64,000 nucleotides of DNA, from NCBI GenBank assembly GCA_009392815.1, contig VFFS01000053.1, positions 7,216 to 71,215 on the forward strand, written 5' to 3'. Below, piece by piece: positions 1 to 7,914 of the stretch (its first letter is position 1; each line of letters opens with the position of its first letter). The DNA comes from SAR202 cluster bacterium. Its GTDB lineage: Bacteria; Chloroflexota; Dehalococcoidia; Lucifugimonadales; UBA826. A program made the position numbers and the translations under genes. The notes beneath the pieces were generated by a model, which saw only the letters and a program-made list of their open reading frames with translations, did no database searches and was not told the DNA's origin.

Positions 1-894
1 TTGTCTGAGAATGATGTTGTAATAGCAGTAGGGACGAATGTATTTCCGGGATTTTTTTATTTTGAAGGTCACGCACTTTCAGATGAAACTTTTTTGATCC
101 ATATAGATTCCGCCCAGCGGGAAATTGGAAAAAGTGAACCAACAGATATTGGTATAGCTGCTGATCCCAAAAAGGCGTTGCAGGAACTAAATGAATCGAT
201 CTATGCCTCAATAACGGGAGCCTATAGAGAAGAAGTGAAAGGGCGGATGTCCCACATTAAGAAAGAGGGCGGTGAGCCTGAATCTCAAATTTCTCCTAGC
301 AATGCGGGGGATTCCGTACCCGATCTGAATACTCTTATGTCTGCTGAAGATATGATGCAGGAAGTCGCAAAAATATTACCTGATGACGTTGTCATCGCAG
401 ATGATTCAGTTACCTCCCGTCAGGCTATTCACAGTGCTATGAATTTCAACAAACCTGGGTCTATTCATGGTGAGAGAGGGGGTGCATTGGGTTGGGGTAT
501 GGGTGGTTCCTTAGGAATTAAGTTGGCTCATCCCAATAGACCTGTCGTTGCCATTGTTGGCGATGGTAGCGCTATGATGACCGTGCAGTCGCTATGGACA
601 GCTGCCAATTTAGATATTCCTGTTGTTTATATCATTTGTAACAATCGGTCATATCGGATCTTGAAATTGAATATGGATGTTTATAAAAATGAAGTATTGC
701 AAGAAGAGACTCCGACTAGCAAGTATCTGGCAATGGATTTTCCTAATCCAATGCCATTGGCTAGAATCGCAGAAGCCATGGGGATTTACGCTAAAGAAAT
801 TGACAGCATAGAGGATATTGCTCCTGCTCTAACAACGGCTTTGCAACTTGGGAAACCAGCAGTTTTAGATATCTCAATTGATGGTAGTGTTTGA
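1..894 (+). CDS. Thiamine-diphosphate-dependent enzyme, C-terminal part (acetolactate synthase / benzoylformate decarboxylase-like); 5' end outside window
   Basis: ORF is open from base 1. It carries the ThDP-binding motif IVGDGSAMMTVQSLWTAANLDIPVVYIICNNRSY (GDG...NN type). Confidence 0.8.
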   Translation: MSENDVVIAVGTNVFPGFFYFEGHALSDETFLIHIDSAQREIGKSEPTDIGIAADPKKALQELNESIYASITGAYREEVKGRMSHIKKEGGEPESQISPSNAGDSVPDLNTLMSAEDMMQEVAKILPDDVVIADDSVTSRQAIHSAMNFNKPGSIHGERGGALGWGMGGSLGIKLAHPNRPVVAIVGDGSAMMTVQSLWTAANLDIPVVYIICNNRSYRILKLNMDVYKNEVLQEETPTSKYLAMDFPNPMPLARIAEAMGIYAKEIDSIEDIAPALTTALQLGKPAVLDISIDGSV

Positions 895-942
895 AATCCA
901 TGGAAACGATCTTGTAAATCCTTTGAGGAACGAGGTAAATAT

Positions 943-1962
943 ATGAAAGTACAGGCAAGCTATGAGGAATATTCTGTGGAAGGGATATCCAAGGCTGCAA
1001 AAACGGCTGAGGAACAAGGTTACGAAATTTTCTCTGCATCAGAAACCGGACATAACCCATATCTTCCTTTGGTCTTGGCAGCAGAGCATACAGAGAGAAT
1101 CCAACTCCAAACTTCAATTGCTTTGTCATTCGCAAGGAGCCCCATGGATACAGCTTATATTGCCTGGGATTTACAGAATTTGTCACGTGGCAGGTTTACG
1201 CTGGGGTTAGGTAGCCAGGTTAGAGGTCATATAGTTCGACGTTTTTCTATGCCGTGGTCTGCCCCTGCCCCAAGAATGCGTGAGTACGTAATCGCAATGA
1301 AGCATATATGGGATTGTTGGCAGAATGGGACGAAATTGTCTTTTTCAGGGGATCATTATTCATTTAATTTGATGTCACCTTTTTTTAATCCGGGACCGAT
1401 AGATGATCCTGACATAAGGGTATCGATAGCGGGAGTAAATCCTAATATGTTGAAAGTAGCAGGAGAGCTGTGTGATGGTGTAATACTTCACTCATTCAAT
1501 ACCCAGAAATATACCCAGAATGTAGTCTTACCCAATTTACAGGCAGGGGCTGAAAGGACGGGAAGGTCCATTGAGGACATTGAAATTTCTGGGGGAGGAT
1601 TTATAGTTACCGGTTCCGACGAAGAAGAATTGGAAAAAAATAAGATCGAAACAAAAAATCGTATCTCATTCTATGCCTCCACGAGGAGCTATGCAGATGT
1701 CATGCGTGAGCATGGATGGAACGATACTCATGAGAAACTTTACAGAATGTCCATAGAAGGTGAATGGAATCAAATGGGAGCAGAGATAACGGATGAAATG
1801 CTGGGCCATTTTGCCGTTGTAGGTACTCATGATCAGATAGCGGACAAGATAAAATCTACCTATGGAAGATATGCTAGTTCAGTCAGTTTTAACTTGCCAG
1901 TAAAGACCGTTGAAGATGAGGAAGTGTTGCGGGGTATTATCAGTGACTTATCTCAGTCTTAG
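943..1962 (+). CDS. LLM-class (luciferase-like) F420/flavin-dependent oxidoreductase
   Basis: 339 aa. The layout is luciferase-like monooxygenase family (TIM-barrel type: LGLGSQVRGH..., IAGVNPNMLKVAGELCDGVILH). Confidence 0.75.
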   Translation: MKVQASYEEYSVEGISKAAKTAEEQGYEIFSASETGHNPYLPLVLAAEHTERIQLQTSIALSFARSPMDTAYIAWDLQNLSRGRFTLGLGSQVRGHIVRRFSMPWSAPAPRMREYVIAMKHIWDCWQNGTKLSFSGDHYSFNLMSPFFNPGPIDDPDIRVSIAGVNPNMLKVAGELCDGVILHSFNTQKYTQNVVLPNLQAGAERTGRSIEDIEISGGGFIVTGSDEEELEKNKIETKNRISFYASTRSYADVMREHGWNDTHEKLYRMSIEGEWNQMGAEITDEMLGHFAVVGTHDQIADKIKSTYGRYASSVSFNLPVKTVEDEEVLRGIISDLSQS

Positions 1963-1991
1963 GTTTACAGATGTTGCATTGTAATAAACAT

Positions 1992-2618
1992 CTATTTTAG
2001 TCCTGTGTCGATGAAGTATGTTCTATTTCGGTTGAGCAAAAGTTCCTGTTTTACAATCTCTTTGATTCTATGTACTGTTTGTTCAATCATATCGTCTTCA
2101 TTCACAACAGTGTAGTTGAACCACTTAGACTCCAGCAGTTCTAGTTTCGCTGTTTCTAGGCGGATGGCCAACGCTTCTGGAGACTCCGTCATTCGCTGTG
2201 TAAGTCGACTTTCAAGGCTTTCCATTGAAGGTGGTGAAAGGAATATGAAAATTGCATCCGGGGCCAACGCTTGGATTTTTCTTGCGCCCTGAACATCAAT
2301 TTTAACTACGACGTGTTTCCCTTCGTTTAGAGCGTTAATTACCTGTGATTTAGGAACTCCGTAGAGGTTGCCGTAAACCTCTGACCATTCGATGAATCCC
2401 TTGGTGGATACAAGTTTTTCAAACTGGTCACGCGATAAGAAATCATAGTCCCTTCCTACGATTTCTCCTTCCCTTATTTCTCTTGTAGTTGCAGTGACCG
2501 TGAAATGGTAATTATCCAGACTTTCCTTCATCCTGGAAAGTACAGCGTCTTTACCAACTCCAGAAGGGCCTGAAAGGACTATTAGCATGGGGTTTTGAAA
2601 AGGTTTGGACTCAGTCAT
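1992..2618 (-). CDS. gmk: Guanylate kinase
   Basis: P-loop LSGPSGVGKD, TTREIREGEIVGRDYDFLS and YGNLYGVPK motifs typical of Gmk. Abuts the aroA stop. Confidence 0.9.
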   Translation of the reverse strand: MTESKPFQNPMLIVLSGPSGVGKDAVLSRMKESLDNYHFTVTATTREIREGEIVGRDYDFLSRDQFEKLVSTKGFIEWSEVYGNLYGVPKSQVINALNEGKHVVVKIDVQGARKIQALAPDAIFIFLSPPSMESLESRLTQRMTESPEALAIRLETAKLELLESKWFNYTVVNEDDMIEQTVHRIKEIVKQELLLNRNRTYFIDTGLK

Positions 2619-3923
2619 TTAGGATCGAATATTTTCTATAGTGTCCCAAAAATCAGGATAGGAAACACTGGCTGATTCCGCCCCTTCGATTATTGTCTCG
2701 CCCCTCGCTATCATGCCAGCTATAGCATTGGTCATTGCTATTCTGTGATCCCCAAAACTTTCTACAGAGGCTCCGTTCAGGAGGCCACTTCCCGTGATTT
2801 TCATTCCGTCGCTGGTTTCCTCTATCTCACCTCCTAGTTTGTAGATGGATTGTACTGTGGCGGAAATTCTGTCTGACTCCTTGACTCGGAGTTCCTCTGC
2901 GTCTGCAATAACTGTGGTGCCTTTAGCAAAACATGCCGCAAGTGATAGTACTGGTAGCTCGTCAACTACTCTAGGAATAATGTCTCCAGCTATTTCTGTG
3001 GCTACCAGGTCACTGCTCTCAACGGTCACGTCGGCTACAGGCTCCCCGCCTTCCATACGTTCATTTTCAATAATTATGTTGGCGTTCATACTTGAGAGAA
3101 CTTCCAGTACTCCAGTTCTCGTGGGATTCATTCCGACGTTTTCCAATCGAAGAGATGCGTTCGGATGGCAACATCCAGCAACCATCCAGAAAGCTGATCC
3201 ACTGATGTCGCAGGGTACATTGACATTGACAGCTTTGAGATCAGACTTCTCTACTTTTAAAGTAAGTCCCTCAGACTTTAGGTTTCCTCCCATAGACATC
3301 AACATTCTCTCGGTGTGATCTCTGGACTCCGCTGGCTGATGAATTACGGTCTCACCTCCAGCTTGTATGCCAGCTATTAGCAGCGAAGACTTTAGCTGGG
3401 CACTTGCCACCGGCATATCGTATTCAATGCCATTTAAATTACCTCCACGGAAGGACAGTGGTGCAAGAGATCCATTGTTTCGTCCTTCAATGACAGCTCC
3501 CATTTCCGCCAAGGGTTGGGTTATTCTTCTCATGGGGCGATTCCTTAGCGAATCATCTCCTGTTATTACTGAGTAGAAGTCCATGCTTGCCAGCAAACCG
3601 GAAATTAGTCGCATCGTAGTTCCACTATTTCCTGCAAATAGTACGTCTCCTGGCTCACTTAGTCCTTGATGACCTTCCCCCTTGATTTCGAAGCACTCAC
3701 TGGATCCTGATACTGGGCAGTTTGAATGCTTCGTTATGGAGGCGCCAAGAGATTGAAGGCATCCAAGCATCGAAGATCGGTCGTCTCCTACACAGAAGTT
3801 AGAAACATGAGCCGTCCCTACGGAAATACTATTGAGCAAGGCGGCTCTGTGTGAGATAGATTTATCACCTGGTGGTGATATTATCCCTTGGAGTTTTTTT
3901 GCTTCAGCAACTTTTTTGATCAT
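2619..3923 (-). CDS. aroA: 3-phosphoshikimate 1-carboxyvinyltransferase (EPSP synthase)
   Basis: 434 aa. Motifs PGDKSISHRAALL, GNSGTTMRL and RVKESDRI are EPSP synthase signatures. Confidence 0.92.
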   Translation of the reverse strand: MIKKVAEAKKLQGIISPPGDKSISHRAALLNSISVGTAHVSNFCVGDDRSSMLGCLQSLGASITKHSNCPVSGSSECFEIKGEGHQGLSEPGDVLFAGNSGTTMRLISGLLASMDFYSVITGDDSLRNRPMRRITQPLAEMGAVIEGRNNGSLAPLSFRGGNLNGIEYDMPVASAQLKSSLLIAGIQAGGETVIHQPAESRDHTERMLMSMGGNLKSEGLTLKVEKSDLKAVNVNVPCDISGSAFWMVAGCCHPNASLRLENVGMNPTRTGVLEVLSSMNANIIIENERMEGGEPVADVTVESSDLVATEIAGDIIPRVVDELPVLSLAACFAKGTTVIADAEELRVKESDRISATVQSIYKLGGEIEETSDGMKITGSGLLNGASVESFGDHRIAMTNAIAGMIARGETIIEGAESASVSYPDFWDTIENIRS

Positions 3924-4921
3924 AGAGTTCTCGGATATTTCCAGGAAGATCGTTTGTCAGCATCTCCTAACTTAGTGAACCTTTTTGCAAGCTTGTCCCC
4001 AAGAAGGACGGATGCCATCGATTCCCCAGCCGTCGGTAGCGCTGGTCGATTATCATCAAGCCCAATAGCACCCGTTTCCCATCTAGCCCTTTGTTCCCAC
4101 GCTGTTATAAATGATTCTATAAGATCATCACTGTCTTCGTTTAGCTGAGACCTTATCTTATGCATGGAGAGTATCATTTGGTCGATCCAATGTATCAAGG
4201 GTTGTGACACCGTAAGACACTGGGTTTCAATATCAATAGGATCATCAGAGGAGGCTGACGATTGTTGATCAAATGCTCCGGATGCGGTCTTGTGCATTTC
4301 TTTCCAAGAATCGCTTCCGGCGGTAGTGTTCACGTAGGCAGCGGATATAACCATCGGCAATATGTCCACTGCAGCTGAATAACTGTCATGCTCAACTGGG
4401 TCAAGGAAGTACGGAACCGCACCCATTGCTTCAATCATACTGACCACAGTTTTAATAGCTTGTTCATCGGCCCTGTCACTTGGCATAACGCAGTAAAGAT
4501 TGTCCTTGAAAAGTTCTCCTGACGAGCTTTCCAACTTGAAGTCATAATCTTTTACAATAGGTCTGCCACCTATATATGCAATTGAACTGGGTAAGAATTC
4601 CTCTGCCCAAACGGCACATCGGACCTTAGAATTTCCTGTGTCTGTTACTACCGCCCCATCACTGAGGTGAGGGCTCATCATTTGAAGGATGTCTCGGGTT
4701 TCTGACACCGGCGAGTCAACAATTATCAATTGTGCCTCTTCAAGTGCTTCGTCTACTCCTGATACTGTTTCGTCAAATGCATTGATTTTTTTTATAATTG
4801 ACAGTACATCCCGATCTGAACACTGTCCTATTACTTCCGTATTTTTAAGGCCCACTTTTTTTAGTGCGAGGCCGATAGATGTACCAATGGGTCCCGTTCC
4901 AATTACTGCTATTCTTTCCAA
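3920..4921 (-). CDS. tyrA: Prephenate dehydrogenase
   Basis: N-terminal Rossmann motif IAVIGTGPIGTSIG, and a PDH-like central and C-terminal region. Overlaps aroA by 4 nt (operon). Confidence 0.8.
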   Translation of the reverse strand: MERIAVIGTGPIGTSIGLALKKVGLKNTEVIGQCSDRDVLSIIKKINAFDETVSGVDEALEEAQLIIVDSPVSETRDILQMMSPHLSDGAVVTDTGNSKVRCAVWAEEFLPSSIAYIGGRPIVKDYDFKLESSSGELFKDNLYCVMPSDRADEQAIKTVVSMIEAMGAVPYFLDPVEHDSYSAAVDILPMVISAAYVNTTAGSDSWKEMHKTASGAFDQQSSASSDDPIDIETQCLTVSQPLIHWIDQMILSMHKIRSQLNEDSDDLIESFITAWEQRARWETGAIGLDDNRPALPTAGESMASVLLGDKLAKRFTKLGDADKRSSWKYPRTL

Positions 4922-5009
4922 CTTGTGCCTCTCAGATTGAATGTTTGAATTTTCGATATTATGGCTGGTTGAGTTATTTAAAGTTCACATAAATCATGAG
5001 TACGGAAGA

Positions 5010-5696
5010 TCATACACGACCTGTAATGTCTAACATCAGTTCGAGAGTAAAACCAACAGGCGTACCGATAAGTGTGCCGAAGATGTTAATGCTGTTGAAA
5101 GTCATGTCCAAGATCAGCATTCCAAATAATGGTATGGCACCGTACCTCTCCATTTGTGAGAGGGAATTTGAAAACCTACTGGGTAAAATTCCCAAAATTA
5201 CTTTGAACCCGTCTAAGGGAGGTAAAGGAAGCAGATTAAATACACACAGAAGTATGTTTACATTAATTAGGATGAAGATAAATGAAGCCACCAAGTCTAT
5301 GTTTAATACTGAGTTAGGGATCAGTTCAAATCTAATAAGGATTGCCAGTAGAAGGGAGAATATAAAATTTGAACCTGGCCCAACTAGGGATATTAATGCA
5401 AGTCCGATTTGTGGATTAAGTTTTTTGATATTGTTTTGCACAACGGGTACTGGCTTTCCCCAACCAAATCCAGCAACCAGGAATATAATTGAACCCATGG
5501 GGTCTAAGTGAGCTGAGGGTTTCAACGTGAGCCTTCCCAATTTTCTCGCGGTGAAATCTCCGAGCTGGTCAGCGACTATGGCATGAGAGAATTCATGGAT
5601 CGTTACTGCGACAACTATTGCAATAATGATGATTCCTATGAACAACGTTGTTGCAATGGGGTCTTGCTGAAATTCAGAGAGATATTGCAGGATCAT
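5010..5696 (-). CDS. Site-2 protease family (peptidase M50) membrane metalloprotease
   Basis: HEFSH zinc motif in a transmembrane segment plus NLLPLPPLDG (NxxPxxxLDG) motif. Multiple hydrophobic helices. Confidence 0.8.
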   Translation of the reverse strand: MILQYLSEFQQDPIATTLFIGIIIIAIVVAVTIHEFSHAIVADQLGDFTARKLGRLTLKPSAHLDPMGSIIFLVAGFGWGKPVPVVQNNIKKLNPQIGLALISLVGPGSNFIFSLLLAILIRFELIPNSVLNIDLVASFIFILINVNILLCVFNLLPLPPLDGFKVILGILPSRFSNSLSQMERYGAIPLFGMLILDMTFNSINIFGTLIGTPVGFTLELMLDITGRV

Positions 5697-5719
5697 GAGA
5701 TTGGGTGCTCTATAGAACT

Positions 5720-5751
5720 AAAAAAGAGGCGGAATCCACCGCCTCTTTTTT
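5720..5751 (-). terminator. Rho-independent terminator downstream of the IscA-like gene (symmetrical A-run/T-run)
   Basis: GAGGCGG (5726-5732) pairs with CCGCCTC (5739-5745). Flanked by AAAAA and TTTTTT runs. Confidence 0.6.
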
Positions 5752-5781
5752 AGTTGAAGTTATATTAATAATAACTAGTGA

Positions 5782-6219
5782 CTAATGACCGCCACATGCG
5801 CAGCCTCCGCCGCCTCCGCCGCAGCCTCCACCTCCGCCGCCGCATCCGCCGCCTCCGCCGCCTCCGCCACAGGCGCAGCCACCGCCTCCTCCGCATCCGC
5901 CGCCAGTGGCTTCGATGTTGGGATTAGAGATAACAAACCCACTTCTCATTAATCCATCTACATAGTCTATTTCTGCACCCTCTAGAAGTGGTGCAGATTC
6001 ACCATCAATCACCACGCTTATTGAGTGAGCTTCTATCACGATATCATCGTCTTTAGGGTCGCTTTCCACTCCAAGTACGTGCTGGAATCCGCCATTTGGT
6101 GTGGGAGTGACCATCACTCGAAGCATTCCACCGTCTTCTCCCTGCTCTTTCAATATTTCAGAAAGTTTGTCTGCGGCGGCCTCTGATACTTGTATAAGGC
6201 TTGTTGTTGCCACTTTCAT
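5782..6219 (-). CDS. HesB/IscA-fold protein with a C-terminal 40-aa Gly/Cys-rich tail
   Basis: The first 105 aa resemble A-type Fe-S carriers (...GLMRSGFVISNPN...). The tail is GGGCGGGGGCACGGGGGGGGCGGGGGGCGGGGGGCACGGH. The canonical first Cys is absent (PNGGFQH). Confidence 0.7.
   Translation of the reverse strand: MKVATTSLIQVSEAAADKLSEILKEQGEDGGMLRVMVTPTPNGGFQHVLGVESDPKDDDIVIEAHSISVVIDGESAPLLEGAEIDYVDGLMRSGFVISNPNIEATGGGCGGGGGCACGGGGGGGGCGGGGGGCGGGGGGCACGGH
5785..5904 (-). repeat. GC-rich degenerate triplet (GGN/TGC) tract encoding the Gly/Cys tail
   Basis: 120 bp, about 79% G+C by hand count, in an AT-richer context. Reiterated CCGCCGCCTCCGCC-type units. Confidence 0.85.
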
Positions 6220-6385
6220 TACTCCTTCACTATAGGGTTCCTAAATGCTTGAGCCCAGTTTCCATATAATACAGCAAGCAGCTCAACGCTACTATCCACA
6301 AGGATGCTAGCAAACGAGTCTAGAATGGTCAATTCAAATTGACTAGATCTTCTTAAACTTTACTTATCATGTTAATATTAATTGT

Positions 6386-6505
6386 CCTCTGGTGGTACAG
6401 GCGAGGCGGACCCACCCGTTCCCATCCCGAACACGGAAGTGAAACGTTTCAGCACCTACGATACTGCGCTGGTAACGGCGTGGGAAAATAGGCCACTGCC
6501 AGGGG
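6386..6505 (+). rRNA. rrf: 5S ribosomal RNA (stand-alone)
   Basis: 120 nt. Terminal helix CCTCTGGTGG / CTGCCAGGGG. Conserved CCCATCCCGAACACGGAAGTGAAAC and GTGGGAAAATAGG. A T-run follows at 6507-6512. Confidence 0.93.
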
Positions 6506-6715
6506 ACTTTTTTGTTCTTAGTGATTACAGCTTTATTCCAGATATGCCAACGTCGTAATTAGGAAGTATTTAAGTACTTTAGTATTCCTTTCTAGAGGCC
6601 ATAAATCGGCTATCTGCAGATATAAAGGATGTTATTCCCTTTACCTGCATACCCGATTTTACATATAATTGTGCCAGCCTCTGGCTAAATCTACTTTGGT
6701 GACGGTTCAAATATT

Positions 6716-7894
6716 ATGCCTCCAACTACTCAGGACGATTCTCCTCTGGACATGCAACAACTTCTAGACGAAATGGAATTTAAGTCTCTTAGAAGAGGCG
6801 AGATAGTTGAGGGAACGGTTATGCGGGCGGACCCTGAAGGCATTTATCTTGATATAGGGCATAAAGAGGAAGGATTCATACCCCCTAACGAGATGAGGAC
6901 TTTGGAGTCAGGCCAGTTGGAAGCTATCAATGAGGGAGACCCCTTGATTGCTTTCGTCATAAGGCCGGATTCACAAGACGGCCCTATATTGTCGATCGAT
7001 AAGGCTAAAGGTGAAGAGGGTTGGCGGGATCTACAGAAGTACATGGAAGCTGATGAGACTATTGAGGGCAAGATAATTGGTTTCAACAGAGGGGGCTGCA
7101 TTCTTGAAGTAGCAAACGTCCAAGGCTTTGTTCCCATGTCACAGTTAGTGACGATATCCCATGATAATTTCAATCAATCGTCAGAAGACGCAGGTGATAC
7201 AGAAGACTCTTCTGCGGGTTCGGAATTTGTTGGATCGCCACTCACCGTGAAAGTTCTTGAGGTCAACCGATCTAGAAACAGGGCTATATTCTCTGAAAGG
7301 TCTGCTATGCGAGAGCAGAGAGAAGCTCAGAAAGCTGCTCTCATCGAGGAGTTGCACGAAGGAGAAATAAGAAAAGGCAGGGTTACTGGTATAAGTAATT
7401 TTGGGGCCTTTGTGGATTTGGGTGGAGCTGATGGTCTGATACATATATCTGAACTTTCCTGGGGGATGGTGAACTCACCTGAAGAGATAGTTAATGTGGG
7501 TCAAGAACTTGATGTTTATGTCCTTCGCGTAGATAGGGATACAATGAAAATTGCCCTGAGTCTTCGTCGGATGCAACCAGAGCCGTGGGATACGATTTAT
7601 GATCGTTACCAAGTCGGTGATGTTGTTAGCGCGACGGTTACCAAGCTTGCTGATTTTGGAGCCTTCGCTAGACTCGAAGATTCTATAGAGGGTTTGATCC
7701 ACGTTACTGAGCTTACGAATGCGGTTGTGACTCACCCACGAGAGGTGGTTTCAGAGGGTGACGCGATCAAGGTAAAGATTTTGAGAATAGAAATGGAAAG
7801 AAAGAGATTGGGTCTTTCTTTGAAACAGGCGGATGAGACTGATTCTGGGGACCATACTTTTGCAGACGACGATTATGGCCACGAAGACGAATAA
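6716..7894 (+). CDS. rpsA: 30S ribosomal protein S1
   Basis: 392 aa with repeated S1 domains (GxVxxIxxFGAFVDLGG..GLIHISE; ADFGAFARL...GLIHVTE) and an acidic C-terminus. Confidence 0.9.
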   Translation: MPPTTQDDSPLDMQQLLDEMEFKSLRRGEIVEGTVMRADPEGIYLDIGHKEEGFIPPNEMRTLESGQLEAINEGDPLIAFVIRPDSQDGPILSIDKAKGEEGWRDLQKYMEADETIEGKIIGFNRGGCILEVANVQGFVPMSQLVTISHDNFNQSSEDAGDTEDSSAGSEFVGSPLTVKVLEVNRSRNRAIFSERSAMREQREAQKAALIEELHEGEIRKGRVTGISNFGAFVDLGGADGLIHISELSWGMVNSPEEIVNVGQELDVYVLRVDRDTMKIALSLRRMQPEPWDTIYDRYQVGDVVSATVTKLADFGAFARLEDSIEGLIHVTELTNAVVTHPREVVSEGDAIKVKILRIEMERKRLGLSLKQADETDSGDHTFADDDYGHEDE

Positions 7895-7914
7895 GACTTC
7901 AGGAGTCAACCTAT

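Noticed and set aside
791-1210. ORFs at 791-1186 (minus) and 962-1210 (plus) overlapping the ThDP enzyme and LLM gene junction
   Set aside because: Both overlap better-supported genes in other frames, and both lack motifs.
5785-5904. Gly/Cys tail as a microcin-B17-like (thiazole/oxazole) RiPP core, with the neighbouring M50 protease as leader peptidase
   Set aside because: No YcaO/cyclodehydratase, dehydrogenase, or export/immunity genes lie within the flanking 6 kb. The putative leader would be a 105-aa folded IscA-like domain. A strong terminator also separates the gene from the M50 protease. I keep it only as a remote alternative inside the main finding.
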